Assembly (NCBI RefSeq): GCF_947568905.1
Contig: NC_079167.1
Location: 67,270,001 to 67,334,000, forward strand
Origin: Ostrea edulis
Taxonomy: Eukaryota
Length of the DNA stretch: 64,000 nucleotides
Direction of reading: 5' to 3'
How positions within the stretch are numbered: the first letter of the stretch is position 1; each line of letters starts with the position of its first letter. Under the pieces are notes generated by a model. That model did no database searches, had not been told where the DNA came from, and was given only the letters and a program-made list of their open reading frames with translations. This document shows positions 61,404 to 64,000 of this stretch, piece by piece. Position numbers and translations under genes: made by a program.

Positions 61404-62099
61404 TCATCCAATGCAAGTAGTATTATGTTTTGAATGATACTAAATAAGTATTCTATTACGGTTATTGCAGAGATCAAAGGAATACCGCGGTCATTATTCT
61501 ACGATATATCTTCATATGTAATAACCGATTATGAGAAAATTGGTGCTCATCTCGCTTGCACTTCGTATTTTGTTAATACAACAATAAGGTCGATAACCGA
61601 TAATTCGATTTTATAATCATAAAAATCAATCAATATATGTTGCAAATGACTGAAGAACATTTGTCAATCAGTATAAACAAATCGTCTGCATTCCGAGAGC
61701 GATACACATGTAAACATGGCGATGCACAGACTAGTATTCAAAGTAACTGATATAATCCGTTTACATGAAACTAAATACAATGTACTTGATATATCATTTT
61801 CAAAATAGATTTAAAATACCCCCACCATCTCACCTTTTTCGTCAGCAAAAAACAATGTTGACCGTTTTGGAAACTGGCATGACATCACATTGCCCTAATT
61901 CGTAGCCATATAGGGAAACGATCGGCTGTATATTTATGAGCCGTAGTAGAATAGAAATAGCTTTCTTGTTTTCATGTATGTTGCAGGATAACCTCCTTGG
62001 TCTCGAAATGTTGTTTGAAATATAAAGCCTTGGCTTCTATATTCCAAAACAACGTTTCTTGACCTCGGAAGTTATCCTGCAACATGCACGAAAACGCGA

Positions 62100-62660
62100 T
62101 CATTTACCCCGAAATTACCCACTGTTTAAACATTCTCCTTTACTCCAAACTTATCCATTGTCTAAACACTGTCATTTACTCCGAAATCATTCCCTGTCAT
62201 TTACTCCGAAATTACCCAGTCTAAACATTCTCCTTTTAATACTCCAAATTTATCCATTGTCTAAACACTAGTACTGCCATTTACCCCGAAATTATCCACT
62301 GTCATTTATTCCGAAAATTACCCAATGTCTAAACACTGTCATTTACTCCGAAATTATCCGCTGTCAATTACTCCGAAATTATCTAATGTTTAAACATTCT
62401 CCTTTACTCCAAAATTATCCATTGTCTAAATTCTGTCCTTTACTCCGAAATCATGCATCCACTGCCATTTACTCCGAAATTATCCAATGTTTAAACATTC
62501 TCGTTTACTCCGAAACCATCCATTGTCATTTACACCGAAATTATCCACTGTATAAACACTGTTCTTTACTCCGAAATTATCCACTTTCTAAACACTGTCA
62601 TTTAACTCCAAAATTAGCAACTGTCTAAACACTGTCATTTATCCCGAAATTGTCTGAACA
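62100..62660. repeat. Degenerate modular satellite-like array (TTTACTCCGAAATTATCCACTG and TCTAAACACTGTCA modules)
   Basis: About 20 recurrences of the first module, with variable inclusion of the second. Confidence 0.85.
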
Positions 62661-63339
62661 CTCATTTCCTCGGGAATTGTCAACTGTAAATGAGAGAAAT
62701 ATTGATAAAGTATTCATTCAGAATATAGTTATTCCTTGGTAACCGGCAAAGATGTCTAAAAATGTCATGATACTATTAAACATTGAGAATTTGTATAAAC
62801 CGATGAATCCATCAATGTGTATATATTTTGTGTGAGCAGGGTTTTTTTTAGGATTGCATCTTACACTCTCTATCTTTTAATTGGGTCCAGAAAGTTTATC
62901 CATCAAGTATAATGTCTCTTGTTGCTGTAAATAGACCCTGTCATTTCAGAATAATTCATTATCTTCATGATATACCATGTTTCGTGTTTGGATGAGCTTA
63001 ATATATTTTGCTGAACTGAGGTGAAAACTCACCCGATTTTTTTTTTTTTTTATCGAAGTTTGTCTGTTATCTGTTTCTTTTCACATTTTCGACCTTTTCC
63101 TTAAGAACCATGTGCACCAGACAATGTAAGTAATGTGGTCCGTGGGTCCCAATCTTTTTTGTTGTTTGAATACAAAATGAATTGGGGATATTACTGATTC
63201 ATTGAAAATAGCGGCCAATGTAGTCAAGGAAACTCGAGCGAAAGTTTTGTTTTTAAACATATTTTAATTCTTGAAAGTTTTGCACGTAAGTGCCACAAAT
63301 GTTTAACTATACATTGTGCTAAAGGCCGAAGCAATAAGG

Positions 63340-63560
63340 ATTCTTTATTGTACCTACACCTGTTGTGATACGGGACCTAAGTCTTTAAAGTCGTATCTGA
63401 AAATCCGTGACTCGCTTCTAATGCCCGGTACTTGGTGAAGGAGCCGTCACTGTCTATTTGTTCCTGGGGTTTGGTGCGGTGTCAAGATGGAGAGTCAAAC
63501 CCGGAACCCCTCGAGTGCAAAGGAAACGCCCCCAAGAACTAGGATACCGCGACTGTTCTA
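63340..63560 (-). mobile_element. Decayed copy of the 15648-type tRNA SINE
   Basis: Colinear similarity to 15760-15986 (tgtacctacacctgttgtgatacgggacc..ggtgaaggagccgtcac..aaacccggaacc). Confidence 0.5.
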
Positions 63561-64000
63561 ATTCATAAAAGAACATTCGATCAAAATGGTAATGCAGAGA
63601 TGGATCCAGTGGGAAGGGGTGTCGTATTCCGTGGGGGTCAGGACGCCATTTTTTTTTATTATTAAAACGACATCCAAGTCGAGCTTCTCAACCCTTAGAT
63701 CACAATAAGGGCAAAAAAAAAGTCCATAACGAATGGAACCCCCACCCACCCTTGGAATGTCCTAAATCGGTCCATGTAAATTTAAAGAAACGTGAAAAAT
63801 GCACTCGAAGATCTAAATGAAAAAATATGGCTTAGCCATGATTAAAATAATGTGGAAACCACAAGTAATTCCCGGTATTTTCCACATATAAGAGGGTTAA
63901 CATATTAACTAGAGATTAAATGTGACCTTTTATCATTTGGTTATGACTATGTGCAAATAATGATAAATATGTGATACAATTTCCAATGATTAGTTAAATG

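Overview
AT-rich eukaryotic genomic DNA. The repeat families look like those of an oyster-like bivalve (inference). The window holds the 3' part of one + strand gene, a CLEC16A (Ema/GOP-1/TT9 family) orthologue that begins upstream of the window. Six coding exons splice in frame (1411-1539, 18699-18819, 20061-20103, 28335/28338-28446, 41399-41654, 56231-57249; intron phases 0,1,2,0,1; 1680 nt, 559 aa plus stop). The last exon encodes a long Ser/Thr-rich disordered tail. The introns (about 17, 1.2, 8, 13 and 14.6 kb) are filled with Helentron-associated non-autonomous elements (HINE/CvA-pearl type), tRNA-derived SINEs, MITEs of several superfamilies, a decayed Penelope-like RT, a fossil Ty3/Gypsy pol, a probable LINE endonuclease fragment and many minisatellites. 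There is no CRISPR array, rRNA or true tRNA gene. I found no wholly new multi-gene system. The most interesting leads are: a GC-rich candidate alternative terminal exon at 20431-20600; a 358-bp, ~99% identical inverted duplication without TSD; a strong sense-strand bias of HINE insertions; a 78-88 bp P-element-type hairpin micro-MITE; and two SINE copies with an identical non-tRNA 5' end. All analysis was by eye and homology calls rely on recalled motifs, so they need database confirmation.
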